A DNA stretch of 64,000 bases from Stenotrophomonas sp. (GCF_032061965.1 NZ_DAMBEF010000016.1:1003-65002), one strand, 5' to 3'. Numbered from the stretch's first letter, positions 18,933-29,035 are shown. Made by a program: numbers and translations. Notes: a model not told the origin generated them from the letters alone.

Positions 18933-19546
18933 GCGGCGCTGCTGCCGCCGCGCAGCAGCCCCATGAACTCGCCGAACAGACGCGGGTCGATCAGCTTGCC
19001 GCACTCGGAGGCAAGTATCTCGATTGATCGTTGGGTCGACATGGGACCGCGGTAGGGGCGTTGGGAGGTCATCGCGTCATAGCCGTCGACGAGGGTCAGG
19101 ATCCTCGATTCAAGCGGGATTTCCTCGCCCTGCAGGCCGTGCGGGTAGCCGCTGCCGTTCCATGCTTCATGGTGGTGGCGGATCAGTTTGGCAACGGCCA
19201 GTGCGTCGCTGCGGCCGGTAGCGGCGAACAGGCGCGCGCCGCGTTCGGGATGGCTACGCATGGCCGCCATCTTGGTGTCGTCCAGCTTGCCGGGGTGCAG
19301 CAGGACGTCATCGCGGATGCCGATCTTGCCGACGTCGTGGAAACGCGCAGCCAGCACCAGGTGGTTCAAGCGGCTTTCGTCCAGGTCACAGCGTTGGCCC
19401 ATTGCCAGGGCCAGCTGCGAAACGCGGTCGCAATGGTGGTCGGTATAGCTGTCGCGCTGGTCCAGCGCGGCAGCCAGGACGTCAATGGCGCAGGAGCTGT
19501 CGCTCGGTGGGAGCGACAGGCCTACGGGGGTGCTTATGGATTGCAT
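18929..19546 (-). CDS. HD-GYP domain protein (putative c-di-GMP phosphodiesterase)
   Basis: HDVGKIG and HHHEAWNGSGYPHGL motifs. The start could be 19546, 19591 or 19618. Lies immediately downstream of mfd on the same strand. Confidence 0.8.
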   Translation of the reverse strand: MQSISTPVGLSLPPSDSSCAIDVLAAALDQRDSYTDHHCDRVSQLALAMGQRCDLDESRLNHLVLAARFHDVGKIGIRDDVLLHPGKLDDTKMAAMRSHPERGARLFAATGRSDALAVAKLIRHHHEAWNGSGYPHGLQGEEIPLESRILTLVDGYDAMTSQRPYRGPMSTQRSIEILASECGKLIDPRLFGEFMGLLRGGSSAA

Positions 19547-19635
19547 GCTGACGGAGCCGTGGGGGCGGCTGCGTTCCTTAGGGGCGGCCATTTTCCCCGG
19601 CTTGCCCGTTTCACGCAAATTTCACATGGCTAACT

Positions 19636-22600
19636 TCAGGCGCGACCCGGATGCAAGGTGGTCAGCAACGCACGCGCTGCATTGAATCGATCAGCGCTTT
19701 CCGGCAGCGGATGCTTGATGCGCAGCTTGTCCGGGCCATCCATCTGATAGAGCTTGGGCTGCTTCTGGATCAGCTGGATCACCGCCATCGGGTCGATGTT
19801 GGGCTTGGAGTCGAACACGATGCGGCCACCGTTCTCGCCCAGCTCCAGCTTGCGGATGCCCAGCACATTGGCTTGCAGCTTGAGCTCGGCAATGGCGAAC
19901 AGATGCTTGACCGGGTCCGGCAGCAGGCCGAAGCGGTCGATCATTTCCACCTGCAGTTCGCGCAACGCCTCGCTGTCGCGGGCGCTGGAGATGCGCTTGT
20001 ACAGGGTGAGGCGGGTATGCACGTCGGGCAGGTAGTCTTCCGGTATCAACGCCGGCACATGCAGTTCGACCTCGGCACCGCGGGCTTCCTCGCCGGCATC
20101 CAGGTCGGGCAGCTTGCCGGACTTGATCGAGCGCACCGCGCGCTCCAGCAGCTCGGTGTACAGGCTGAAGCCGACTTCGGCCATCTGCCCGCTCTGGTCC
20201 TCGCCGAGCAACTCGCCGGCACCGCGGATTTCCAGATCGTGGGTTGCCAGCGTAAAACCGGCGCCCAGTTCGTCCATCGATGCGATCGCATCCAGGCGCT
20301 TCTGCGCATCGGGCGTGATCGAGCGCTTGTCCGGCACCAGCAGGTAGGCGTAGGCGCGGTGATGCGAACGACCGACACGACCGCGCAGCTGATGCAACTG
20401 CGCCAAACCGAAGCGGTCGGCGCGGTTGATGATGATGGTATTGGCGTTCGGGATGTCGATGCCCGATTCGATGATGGTACTGGCCAGCAGCACGTTGAAA
20501 CGCTGCTTCTGGAAGTCCAGCATCACCCGCTCCAGCTCGCGCTCGGGCATCTGCCCGTGGGCCATGCCGATGCGGGCCTCGGGCACCAGCTCGGACAGCT
20601 CGCGCTGCATCCGGCCCATGCTTTCCACGTCATTGTGCAGGAAGTACAACTGGCCGCCGCGCGAAAGTTCGCGCTGGAAGGCTTCGCGCAGCTGAGCGTT
20701 GTCCCAGGCGGTGACAAAGGTCTTCACCGCCAGACGATTCGGTGGCGGCGTGGCGATGATGGACAGGTCGCGCAGGCCAGCCATGGCCATGTTCAAGGTG
20801 CGTGGAATCGGTGTGGCGGTGAGCGTGAGCAGATGCACGTTGGCGCGCATCGCCTTGAGGGCTTCCTTCTGGCGCACGCCAAAACGCTGCTCTTCATCGA
20901 CGATGACCAGGCCCAGGTCCTTGAACTTCACGTCCGGCTGCAGCAGGCGGTGGGTGCCGATGATCACATCGATGGTGCCTTCGGCCACCTTGTCCAGTTC
21001 TGCCTTGATTTCCTTGGTGCTCTTGAAGCGCGACAGCACTTCCACGCGCAGCGGGTAATCGGCGAAACGATCACGGAAGTTGCGGTAATGCTGTTCGGCC
21101 AGCAACGTGGTGGGCACCAGTACGGCAACCTGCTTGCCGCCGCTGGCGGCCGCAAAGGCCGCGCGCACCGCGACTTCGGTCTTGCCGAAGCCCACGTCGC
21201 CGCAGACCACGCGGTCCATTGGTTGGCTCGATTGCAGGTCGCGTAGCGTGGCTTCGATCGCGGCTTGCTGGTCGGGGGTTTCTTCAAACGGGAAGCCGGC
21301 GGCGAACGGCTCGTACATCACGCGGTCGATATCCAGCGCCAAGCCGGCACGGGCGCGCCGACGGGCCTGGATTTCCAGCAGCTCGGCCGCAACGTCGCGG
21401 ACTTTTTCGGCGGCCTTGCGTTTGGCCTTGGCCCACTGCTCGCCACCGAGCGAATGCAGGGGCGCGGTCTCCGCCGAGGCACCGGAATAGCGGCTGATCA
21501 GGTGCAGCTGCGCGACCGGCACGTACAGGCGGTCGCCCTTGGCGTATTCGATCTCCAGGAATTCGCCGGGCATGCCGCCCACATCCATCGCGATCAAGCC
21601 GCGGTAGCGGCCGACGCCATGGTCTTCATGGACGATGGGCGCGCCTTCGGTCAGTTCGCCAAGGTCACGGATGATCGCCTCGGGCTCACGCCCGGCACAC
21701 CGCGTGCGCCGTGCCTGGCCGGCGCGCTCGGGGAACAGCTGGCGCTCGGTAAGCACGGCCAGCGCCGGTTCGCTGAGCGCAAAGCCGTCATCCAGCGGTG
21801 CGACAGTAATGGCGAAGCGTGAAAGCCCCTCTCCCTCCCGGAGTACATGGGGGAGGGCGGTCTTGCTTCCTCCAAGGGGGGCAGGGAGGAAGTCGTTGAA
21901 GCTGGCCACAACTTCGGGCCGCAACTCGGCAGCCTGCAATACCTCCAACAAGGCCTCACGCCGACCCGGCGAATCGGCCGCGATCAAGACGCGGCCGGGG
22001 TAGTGCGCGATGAAGGATTTCAACGCCTGTCCCGCTGGCGCATCCTTGGCGGCCACCGGCAATGGCGGCAGCGGCTGGTCACCCAGCGCCTGCGCCTCGG
22101 CAATGCGCGGATGATCGGCAGCCCATATCTCCACGCGCGGCTGCTTGTTGAACTGCTCGCGCAGGCTGTCCGGTGACTGGTAGATCTCATCCGGCGGCAA
22201 CAACGGTCGCTCGATATCGTGGCGGCGTTGTTCGTAACGGCTGTTGGTCTGCAGCCAGAACGCATCGGAGGCCTCGGCCACGCCTGTGCCCACCACGGTC
22301 AGGAAACCATCCGGCAGATAGTCGAACAGCGTCGCCGTCTTGCTGAAAAACAGCGGCAGCATGTACTCGATGCCCGATGGCAGTACGCCAGCTTTCAGGT
22401 CCTGGTACAGCGGACTGCGGCGGGTGTCGACGTCGAAGCGCTCGCGCAGGGTGCCCAGCACCTTGTTGAGGCTGGCCTCATCCATCGGCACTTCGCGGCC
22501 CGGCAGCATCTTCACGGCCTGCACCTTGTCCAGCGACCGTTGCGATTCGGGGTCGAACTCGCGGATGGAGTCGATGTCCTCATCCAGCAGTTCGATCCGC

Positions 22601-23160
22601 AGGGGCGCATCCGCACCCATCGGGTAGACATCCAGCAGGCCGCCGCGCACGGCGAAATCGCCCGGGTCCATCACCTGCGCCACGTTGCGGTAGCCGGCGC
22701 TTTCCAGCCGCCGCTTCTCCGCGTCCATGTCCAAGCGTTGGCCGACCTTGAGGTCGAAGCTGCTGCCGACGATGTAACTCAGCGGTGCCAAGCGTTGCAG
22801 CAGGGTCTGCACCGGCACGACGACGATGCCGCAGCTCAGCTGTGGCAGCCGGTGCAACGCTGCAAGACGCTGCGAAATGATGTCCGGGTGCGGGCTGAAC
22901 TGATCGTAGGGCAGGGTTTCCCAATCCGGGAACGGCACCACCGGCAGCGCACTGTCAGGCCCCAGCAAGGTCTGCAGATCGGCCACCGCCTGGTTGGCGG
23001 TCTGGTTGTCGCGGGTGACCAGCAGCAATGGTTTGCCGTGCGCCTGCGCGGCACAGGCCACGTGCCAGGCAAGGGCGCTGCTGGAGGCCGGGGCGCGCCA
23101 CCAGGCGCGGAGCTGGCCGCTACGCGGCAGCGGCGGAATGGGATAGGTAATGGACGCCAT
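19636..23160 (-). CDS. mfd: transcription-repair coupling factor
   Basis: 1174 aa. Walker A GDVGFGKTEVA, DEEQRFG box, TRG-type C-terminal region; collinear with Mfd. Confidence 0.97.
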   Translation of the reverse strand: MASITYPIPPLPRSGQLRAWWRAPASSSALAWHVACAAQAHGKPLLLVTRDNQTANQAVADLQTLLGPDSALPVVPFPDWETLPYDQFSPHPDIISQRLAALHRLPQLSCGIVVVPVQTLLQRLAPLSYIVGSSFDLKVGQRLDMDAEKRRLESAGYRNVAQVMDPGDFAVRGGLLDVYPMGADAPLRIELLDEDIDSIREFDPESQRSLDKVQAVKMLPGREVPMDEASLNKVLGTLRERFDVDTRRSPLYQDLKAGVLPSGIEYMLPLFFSKTATLFDYLPDGFLTVVGTGVAEASDAFWLQTNSRYEQRRHDIERPLLPPDEIYQSPDSLREQFNKQPRVEIWAADHPRIAEAQALGDQPLPPLPVAAKDAPAGQALKSFIAHYPGRVLIAADSPGRREALLEVLQAAELRPEVVASFNDFLPAPLGGSKTALPHVLREGEGLSRFAITVAPLDDGFALSEPALAVLTERQLFPERAGQARRTRCAGREPEAIIRDLGELTEGAPIVHEDHGVGRYRGLIAMDVGGMPGEFLEIEYAKGDRLYVPVAQLHLISRYSGASAETAPLHSLGGEQWAKAKRKAAEKVRDVAAELLEIQARRRARAGLALDIDRVMYEPFAAGFPFEETPDQQAAIEATLRDLQSSQPMDRVVCGDVGFGKTEVAVRAAFAAASGGKQVAVLVPTTLLAEQHYRNFRDRFADYPLRVEVLSRFKSTKEIKAELDKVAEGTIDVIIGTHRLLQPDVKFKDLGLVIVDEEQRFGVRQKEALKAMRANVHLLTLTATPIPRTLNMAMAGLRDLSIIATPPPNRLAVKTFVTAWDNAQLREAFQRELSRGGQLYFLHNDVESMGRMQRELSELVPEARIGMAHGQMPERELERVMLDFQKQRFNVLLASTIIESGIDIPNANTIIINRADRFGLAQLHQLRGRVGRSHHRAYAYLLVPDKRSITPDAQKRLDAIASMDELGAGFTLATHDLEIRGAGELLGEDQSGQMAEVGFSLYTELLERAVRSIKSGKLPDLDAGEEARGAEVELHVPALIPEDYLPDVHTRLTLYKRISSARDSEALRELQVEMIDRFGLLPDPVKHLFAIAELKLQANVLGIRKLELGENGGRIVFDSKPNIDPMAVIQLIQKQPKLYQMDGPDKLRIKHPLPESADRFNAARALLTTLHPGRA

Positions 23161-23250
23161 GAACCGCCGATTTTACCAGATGCGCTTTACTCGCCGTTGT
23201 TGGGAAAGTTGCTGGCGCAGGTGCGGGATGTTCGGCGGAGCGCAGAAAGG

Positions 23251-23285
23251 ACAAGAGCAGAAGCCGCGACAGCTTCTGCTCTTGT
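23251..23285 (-). terminator. 14-bp perfect stem-loop between the GNAT gene and mfd (terminator-like)
   Basis: ACAAGAGCAGAAGC-CGCGACA-GCTTCTGCTCTTGT. The minus strand has only a weak T-rich tail (CCTTTCT). Confidence 0.4.
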
Positions 23286-23386
23286 TCGATAGCGCAGGAT
23301 CGGGACGAAACGGGATACGCGGGGGAGAGGGGAGTGCGTTCTTCAACGCATCTTCACTTTTCCACTATTGCTCCCGCAGCCCGCAC

Positions 23387-23932
23387 TCAGGTCGCCAGTT
23401 CCAGCACCATGCGCACCAGGCCCGGTGCACCGGTCGGGTGCGGAACCTGCTTGAAGCCCAACGAGGCAGCCAACTGCAGCATCGGCTCATTGTCCTGGGC
23501 GATGTCACCGTACAGGCGGTCCAGGTACTTGCCGCGCGCCCACTTCACCAGCTTGCGCATCAGCTGGCGCCCCAAGCCCTGGCCGGCCAGGAAACGGCTG
23601 ACCAGGATGGCGTATTCAGCATCACGCGTGCCGCTGATGATCGAGGCGCGGGCCACCGCCCCCACAACAGCCTCGCCCGGCGGCAGGGGTTCGGCGGCGA
23701 CCAAGGCAATCTCGGTCTTCGGGTTGGGGTGGGTCAGGCGCTGTGCCGTCTCGTCCGACAGCGATTCAACCGACTGCAGAAACTTGTCACGCACCTCTTC
23801 CGGCCCGAACAGAGCGAAGGCGCCCTGCAACGGCGGTCCATCCTCGGGACGGATCGGGCGGATAAGCAATTCACGGCCACTCGGGGCCTTGAAGTTTTCA
23901 TGCCACGGGGGCATGCGATTGCGGGTAGCCAT
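23387..23932 (-). CDS. GNAT family N-acetyltransferase
   Basis: ORF trimmed to ATG 23932 (MATRNRMPPW). Acetyl-CoA loop RFLAGQGLGRQLMRKL. Confidence 0.75.
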   Translation of the reverse strand: MATRNRMPPWHENFKAPSGRELLIRPIRPEDGPPLQGAFALFGPEEVRDKFLQSVESLSDETAQRLTHPNPKTEIALVAAEPLPPGEAVVGAVARASIISGTRDAEYAILVSRFLAGQGLGRQLMRKLVKWARGKYLDRLYGDIAQDNEPMLQLAASLGFKQVPHPTGAPGLVRMVLELAT

Positions 23933-24028
23933 GACTACGTTTCCTCCAAAGTCGCCTGATTCTGTCACCGCGCGTGATAGGTTCTGTGAACGCGGTCAAA
24001 AGCGGTGGCTGAATAGGGCGGAAAACCG

Positions 24029-24886
24029 TCACTCTGGGGTTTTCAGCCACTCCAACCGGGTCGACGCCCCGGTTTCGCCCATATGCTTCTTGAGGACGGG
24101 CAAGGCCGGGGCCAGGACCTGTTCAAACTGCCAGGGCGGGTTCAGCAGCAGCATCCCGCTGCCATTAAGACGCAGCGGCGAGTCGTCGGACCGCACCATC
24201 AGTTCAGCAACCAGCACTGACTTGGCCGGCAGGGCAGCAGCCTTGCGGAAGAACGGTTGCAGGGTGCGGCGCTGCTTGATGGGGTACCAGATCGCGCATT
24301 GGGCCTGCGGCATCCGGGTGAGGATCTCGCGGGCCGTTGAGATGATCTGGGGGTACTCCGCGTCCTGGGCCTCGTAGGGCGGATCGATCAGCACCAGGGC
24401 GCGGCCGATCTTGTCCGCGCCCGACTTCGGCGGCAGGAAGGCACGGATGGACTCATAGCCGTTGCCGTTGACTACCTGTACCCGGCGATCGTGCGCGAAC
24501 AGTTCCTTCAGGGCCGCCGCTTCGTCCTTCTGCAGCTCGCAGGCGGCCATGCGGTCCTGTTCGCGCAGGGCGCGCGCAGCCAGCAACGGCGAGCCGGGAT
24601 AGGACAGCAGGGCGCCGACCGGGTTGTCGGCCTGCACCGCGCGCAGGTACTGCTCCACCACCTCGGGCTGCGACGGCGTAGCCATCAGCTGCAGGATGCC
24701 CTCGTCGGCTTCGGTGGTCTTGCTGCTTTCTTCGGAGGACAGCAGGTAGCGGCCGCGGCCGGCATGCGTGTCCAGCACGAAGAACGGGGATTCCTTGCGC
24801 TTGAGGGCGTCGATCATCGCCAGCATGACGATGTGCTTGAGGACGTCGGCATGGTTGCCGGCGTGGAAGGCGTGGCGATAGTTCAT
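24029..24886 (-). CDS. rlmJ: 23S rRNA (adenine2030-N6)-methyltransferase
   Basis: ORF trimmed to ATG 24886. MNYRHAFHAGNHADVLKH N-terminus and the LIDPPYE motif are typical of RlmJ. Confidence 0.9.
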   Translation of the reverse strand: MNYRHAFHAGNHADVLKHIVMLAMIDALKRKESPFFVLDTHAGRGRYLLSSEESSKTTEADEGILQLMATPSQPEVVEQYLRAVQADNPVGALLSYPGSPLLAARALREQDRMAACELQKDEAAALKELFAHDRRVQVVNGNGYESIRAFLPPKSGADKIGRALVLIDPPYEAQDAEYPQIISTAREILTRMPQAQCAIWYPIKQRRTLQPFFRKAAALPAKSVLVAELMVRSDDSPLRLNGSGMLLLNPPWQFEQVLAPALPVLKKHMGETGASTRLEWLKTPE

Positions 24887-24996
24887 GCGCGAAGTGTAAG
24901 GCGTGCGCGCAGTTCCCGGCGGCTTTGCGTTGCCAGAGCACGTGCTGGCCCGGTTCCAGCGCACAGAATGTGCCCTTGGCCCGCTATGCTGGCGCC

Positions 24997-25701
24997 ATGT
25001 CAGAACAGCCCGCCCGGGTCCTCGTGGTCGAGGACGAAACCGCCATTGCCGACACCTTGCTGTATGCGCTGCGCAGCGAAGGTTACGAGGCCAGCCATTG
25101 CGCCCTCGGGCGCGAGGCGCTGGCCCTGCTGCGTGCCCAGGAGGCCGACGTCGTGGTGCTGGACGTCGGCCTGCCCGACCTGGGTGGCTTCGAGGTTTGC
25201 CGCCAGTTGCGTACCTTCAGCCAGGTGCCGGTGATTTTCCTGACCGCGCGCAACGATGAATTCGATCGCGTGCTCGGCCTGGAGCTTGGTGCTGACGACT
25301 ACGTGACCAAGCCGTTCTCGCCGCGCGAAATGGTGGCACGGGTACGGGCCAGGCTGCGCCGTGTACCGCAGCAGACCCAGGCAGCACCTGTGGGCGAGGG
25401 CGGTTGGAAAGTCCACGGCGCGTTTGCCGTCGACAGTGAAGGCCTGCGCATCCGCTACCAGGACGTGTTGCTGGACCTGACACGTTACGAGTACATGTTG
25501 CTGGCGGCATTGTTGCAACGGCCCGGTGCCATCCTCAGCCGCGCCCAGTTGATGGAGCGTGGTTGGGACCACGCCAGCGACAGCGCCGATCGCACCATCG
25601 ATACCCATGTCAAAACCCTGCGCGCCAAGCTGCGTGCGGCCGGCGCGCTGGAAGACCCCATCCGCACCCATCGTGGCCTGGGCTACGCGCTGGAGGCCTG
25701 A
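24997..25701 (+). CDS. creB: OmpR-family response regulator CreB
   Basis: ORF trimmed to ATG 24997. Receiver domain RVLVVEDE..VVLDVGLPD plus winged helix THRGLGYAL. Followed by creC and creD. Confidence 0.85.
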   Translation: MSEQPARVLVVEDETAIADTLLYALRSEGYEASHCALGREALALLRAQEADVVVLDVGLPDLGGFEVCRQLRTFSQVPVIFLTARNDEFDRVLGLELGADDYVTKPFSPREMVARVRARLRRVPQQTQAAPVGEGGWKVHGAFAVDSEGLRIRYQDVLLDLTRYEYMLLAALLQRPGAILSRAQLMERGWDHASDSADRTIDTHVKTLRAKLRAAGALEDPIRTHRGLGYALEA

Positions 25702-27137
25702 TGCGTCTCGGGCTCAAGCTGTTCCTGGGTTTTTTCCTGATCGTCGGCATCGCTGCGTTCTTCGTGATGCGGGTGTTCGTCAACGAGGTAAAGCCGGGCG
25801 TGCGCCAGGCCATGGAATCCACGCTGGTGGACGCGGCCAATGTGCTGGCAGTGATGGCGGCGCCGGATCTGAAGGCCGGGCGTATTGCCGATGGCGCATT
25901 CGCCAGCCAGATGGCCACCGCGCAGCGGCGCGATCCCAAGGCGATGGTCTGGCGCTTTCCCAAGCGCAGCATCGATTACCGGGTGACGGTGACCAATGCC
26001 AAGGGCATCGTCATCTACGATTCCCGCGGGCAGGATGTGGGGCGCGACAACTCGCGCTGGAACGACGTGCACCTGACCTTGCAGGGACGCTATGGCGCGC
26101 GCTCCAGTCCGCTGACGCCGGGTGACCAGGAGAAGACCGTGATGCACGTGGCGGCCCCGGTCTACGACCCTGCCGATGGGCGCACCCTGATTGGGGTACT
26201 GACGCTGGCGCAACCCAACGACACGATCGACCCCTTCATCGTTGCCAGCCAGCGCGCCATTGTCGCCCGCGGTGCATGGCTGATCGGCCTGTCGGCATTG
26301 ATCGGGTTGCTGATGACCTGGTGGTTGTCACGCGGCATCAGTGGCTTGAGCCGCTATGCCAAGGCCGTCAGCGCTGGCGAGCCGGTGCCGCCGCCGCGGC
26401 GCCGGCGTGACGAGATCGGCGAGCTCGGCCAGGCGCTGGAAACCATGCGCCGCAAGCTCGAAGGCAAGGCCTACGTGGAGCAGTACGTGCAGTCCCTGAC
26501 GCACGAAATGAAGAGCCCGCTGGCGGCGATCCGCGGTGCAGCCGAGTTGTTGCAGGAGCCCTTGCCCGAGGCCGAGCGGCAGCGCTTTGCCGGCAACATC
26601 GTGCAGCAGGAGAAGCGACTGACGGAAACCATCGATCAATTGCTGCGCCTGGCTGAAGTGGAGCAGCACGGCTGGCTGCAGCGGCGTACCGAGGTGGACC
26701 TGGCGCAGCTGTGTGCTGCCCTGGCCGAGGACGCCTCGCCGCGCCTGCAGGCTGCGGAACTGGCACTGGATGTTGTCTCGCCGCCACATGCGGCCGTGCA
26801 GGGCGACCCCTTCCTGCTGCGGCAGGCGCTGTCCAACCTGTTGGACAATGCGATCGCTTTTTCGCCCAAGGGTGGGCGCATCCAGATCGCGGTAACGCCG
26901 CAGGCACAGGGGTGGCAGGTACGCCTGCGCGATCAGGGGCCGGGCGTGCCGGAGTACGCACGGGAACGGGTTTTTGAGCGCTTTTATTCGCTGGGCCGGC
27001 CAGGCAATGGCCCGCGCAGTTCAGGTTTGGGCCTGCCGTTCGTGGCCGAGGTCGCGCGCCTGCACGGTGGTCAGGCGCAACTGCACAACCGGCCAGAAGG
27101 CGGCGCCGAAGCCGTGCTGTTGCTGCCCCCCGGCTGA
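25701..27137 (+). CDS. creC: sensor histidine kinase CreC
   Basis: ATG 25701 overlaps the creB stop (TGATG). TM-periplasmic-TM-HAMP layout, H-box LTHEMKSPLAAI, HATPase segment GLGLPFV. Confidence 0.85.
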   Translation: MRLGLKLFLGFFLIVGIAAFFVMRVFVNEVKPGVRQAMESTLVDAANVLAVMAAPDLKAGRIADGAFASQMATAQRRDPKAMVWRFPKRSIDYRVTVTNAKGIVIYDSRGQDVGRDNSRWNDVHLTLQGRYGARSSPLTPGDQEKTVMHVAAPVYDPADGRTLIGVLTLAQPNDTIDPFIVASQRAIVARGAWLIGLSALIGLLMTWWLSRGISGLSRYAKAVSAGEPVPPPRRRRDEIGELGQALETMRRKLEGKAYVEQYVQSLTHEMKSPLAAIRGAAELLQEPLPEAERQRFAGNIVQQEKRLTETIDQLLRLAEVEQHGWLQRRTEVDLAQLCAALAEDASPRLQAAELALDVVSPPHAAVQGDPFLLRQALSNLLDNAIAFSPKGGRIQIAVTPQAQGWQVRLRDQGPGVPEYARERVFERFYSLGRPGNGPRSSGLGLPFVAEVARLHGGQAQLHNRPEGGAEAVLLLPPG

Positions 27138-27138
27138 C

Positions 27139-27154
27139 TTCACATTCGCTTCAA
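27139..27154 (+). promoter_or_regulatory. cre-tag-like direct repeat upstream of creD
   Basis: TTCAC-ATTCGC-TTCAA against the E. coli CreB site TTCAC-N6-TTCAC. Lies 66-81 nt upstream of the creD ATG. Confidence 0.5.
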
Positions 27155-27219
27155 ACTGACGACAAACCCTGCTCATGGGGCGGGGCCAAGCTGCTCCCGT
27201 TTCCACACGAGAACGGGAC

Positions 27220-28563
27220 ATGACTTCCCTCAAACTGCTGTTGCGCTTCGCCATTGTCGGCGGGCTGGTGTTGCTTCTGCTGGTTCCCTTGCTGCTTATC
27301 CGCAGCACCATCAATGAGCGCGAGCGCTACCGCAACGAAGCGGTGGAGCGGGTATCGCAAAGCTGGGCTGGCGCGCAATCGCTGATCGGTCCGGTGCGGG
27401 TCTTGCCGTGGACCCAGCAGCGTGAGGTCGAGCTGGCGGCGGAAGGCAATAGCCCGCGCCGGACAGAATGGCGTACCGAGCATGGCTATGACCTGCAGAT
27501 GCCTGCGAGCTTGAACGTGCAGGGCGTGATGCGTCCGTCCGAACGGTCGGTGGGTTTGTTCAAGGTGCCCGTCTACAAATGGGAGGGCAAGCTGCAGGCC
27601 GAGTTCACCGTTGCCACCTATGCTCCGGTGGCAGGGCGTGTTTATGGTCGCCCCTATCTGGCGTTGGGTATTTCCGACGTGCGTGGCCTGGTTGGTACCC
27701 CCAACCTGCGGGTAGACGGCAGGGCAGTGCAGTTGCTGCCCGGGACCGGGGTAATGGAAGGAACCTCCAAGGGCCTGCATGCGGACCTGGCGCCGCTGCA
27801 GAATTCCAACGAAGGCGTATTGCGTGAGGGGGGCAAGGTCGAACTGGAACTGGTGCTCGGTGGTACCCGCACGCTGGCCATCGCGCCGATTGGCGATGAC
27901 ACCCGCGTCAACCTCTCTTCGAGCTGGCAGAGCCCTTTGTTTGGCGGCAGCTTCCTGCCCGAGCGCAATATCGACGCCAGCGGCTTTCAGGCCGAGTGGG
28001 CGGTGTCCTCGTTGGCTTCGGCGGCGCAGGCGCAATTGACCCAAGCGATCCGCACAGAAGGAACCAACGTGGAAGCGCTCAATGTGACGCTGGTTGATCC
28101 GGTGGACACTTATACGCAGGTGGACCGTGCCAGCAAGTACGGCATCTTGTTTGTGTTGCTGACGTTCGTTGGGTTCGCACTGTTCGAGTTGATCAAGCAG
28201 CTGAAGATCCACCCGCTGCAGTATCTGCTGGTCGGTTTGGCATTGGCCATGTTCTTCCTGCTGTTGTTGAGCTTGTCCGAGCAGATCGCGTTCTGGCAGG
28301 CCTATCTGATTGCCGCTGCGGCCTGCATCGGCTTGCAGGGCTTCTACCTCAGCGGCGTGCTGCACAGTTGGAAGCGGGGCGCAGGCTTCGCGACGATGCT
28401 GACCTTGTTGTACGGGGTGCTGTACATGCTGTTGATCTCGGAGAACAACGCGCTGCTGATGGGCTCGCTGCTGCTGTTCGGCATCCTGGCCGCGATCATG
28501 TGGATCACCCGCAAGGTGGACTGGTACGAACTGGGCAACCGTGCCGTGGCGCGGCAGGGCTGA
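27220..28563 (+). CDS. creD: inner membrane protein CreD
   Basis: ORF trimmed to ATG 27220. N-terminal TM then INERERYRNEAVERVSQSWAG, and a C-terminal cluster of TM segments, as in CreD. Confidence 0.9.
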   Translation: MTSLKLLLRFAIVGGLVLLLLVPLLLIRSTINERERYRNEAVERVSQSWAGAQSLIGPVRVLPWTQQREVELAAEGNSPRRTEWRTEHGYDLQMPASLNVQGVMRPSERSVGLFKVPVYKWEGKLQAEFTVATYAPVAGRVYGRPYLALGISDVRGLVGTPNLRVDGRAVQLLPGTGVMEGTSKGLHADLAPLQNSNEGVLREGGKVELELVLGGTRTLAIAPIGDDTRVNLSSSWQSPLFGGSFLPERNIDASGFQAEWAVSSLASAAQAQLTQAIRTEGTNVEALNVTLVDPVDTYTQVDRASKYGILFVLLTFVGFALFELIKQLKIHPLQYLLVGLALAMFFLLLLSLSEQIAFWQAYLIAAAACIGLQGFYLSGVLHSWKRGAGFATMLTLLYGVLYMLLISENNALLMGSLLLFGILAAIMWITRKVDWYELGNRAVARQG

Positions 28564-28624
28564 GTGCATCAATGGCGGCAGGGGCGGGATGGTTTTCCAT
28601 CCCGGCCCCTGCGAGGAGCGAACA

Positions 28625-29035
28625 ATGAATCGTGCATTGATCCACCGTCGCGCCCAGCGCTTGTTGCCTGCGGGTATCGAAACCTGCGGGCTGCTGCATT
28701 TCGGCATGTCGCCTGGGCAGGTGGAGCAGGTATTGCTGGGCAGCGTGTTCGGGGATGAAGCAGGGCAGGGGATGGTGGCGTTGCGCCTGTCCTTGTCCAC
28801 CGCGTTGGCAATCCGGCGCAAAGGACTGCGGTATTTCGAGCAGGGGCCCTGGCAGTTCTCTGCGTTCGCTGCCGCGCTTGGGCCGGTGCAGCATGATGCA
28901 GGCGTTGTGGCGCCTGGACAGGACGCATTGCCGGCGAGGCATGCTGGTGGGTATTCGGCGGTGGCTGCGGATGGTCGATCCTGGCTGGTGCTGCTGCCGG
29001 TGGAGAGGTTGGTGATCTATGGATGGTGGCGGTGA
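28625..29035 (+). CDS. hypothetical protein
   Basis: ATG 28625 lies 8 nt after GAGGAG. 136 aa with no TM segment and no motif I recognise; many TTG/CAT/GGT codons. The competing minus-strand ORFs translate to low-quality sequence. Confidence 0.45.
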   Translation: MNRALIHRRAQRLLPAGIETCGLLHFGMSPGQVEQVLLGSVFGDEAGQGMVALRLSLSTALAIRRKGLRYFEQGPWQFSAFAAALGPVQHDAGVVAPGQDALPARHAGGYSAVAADGRSWLVLLPVERLVIYGWWR

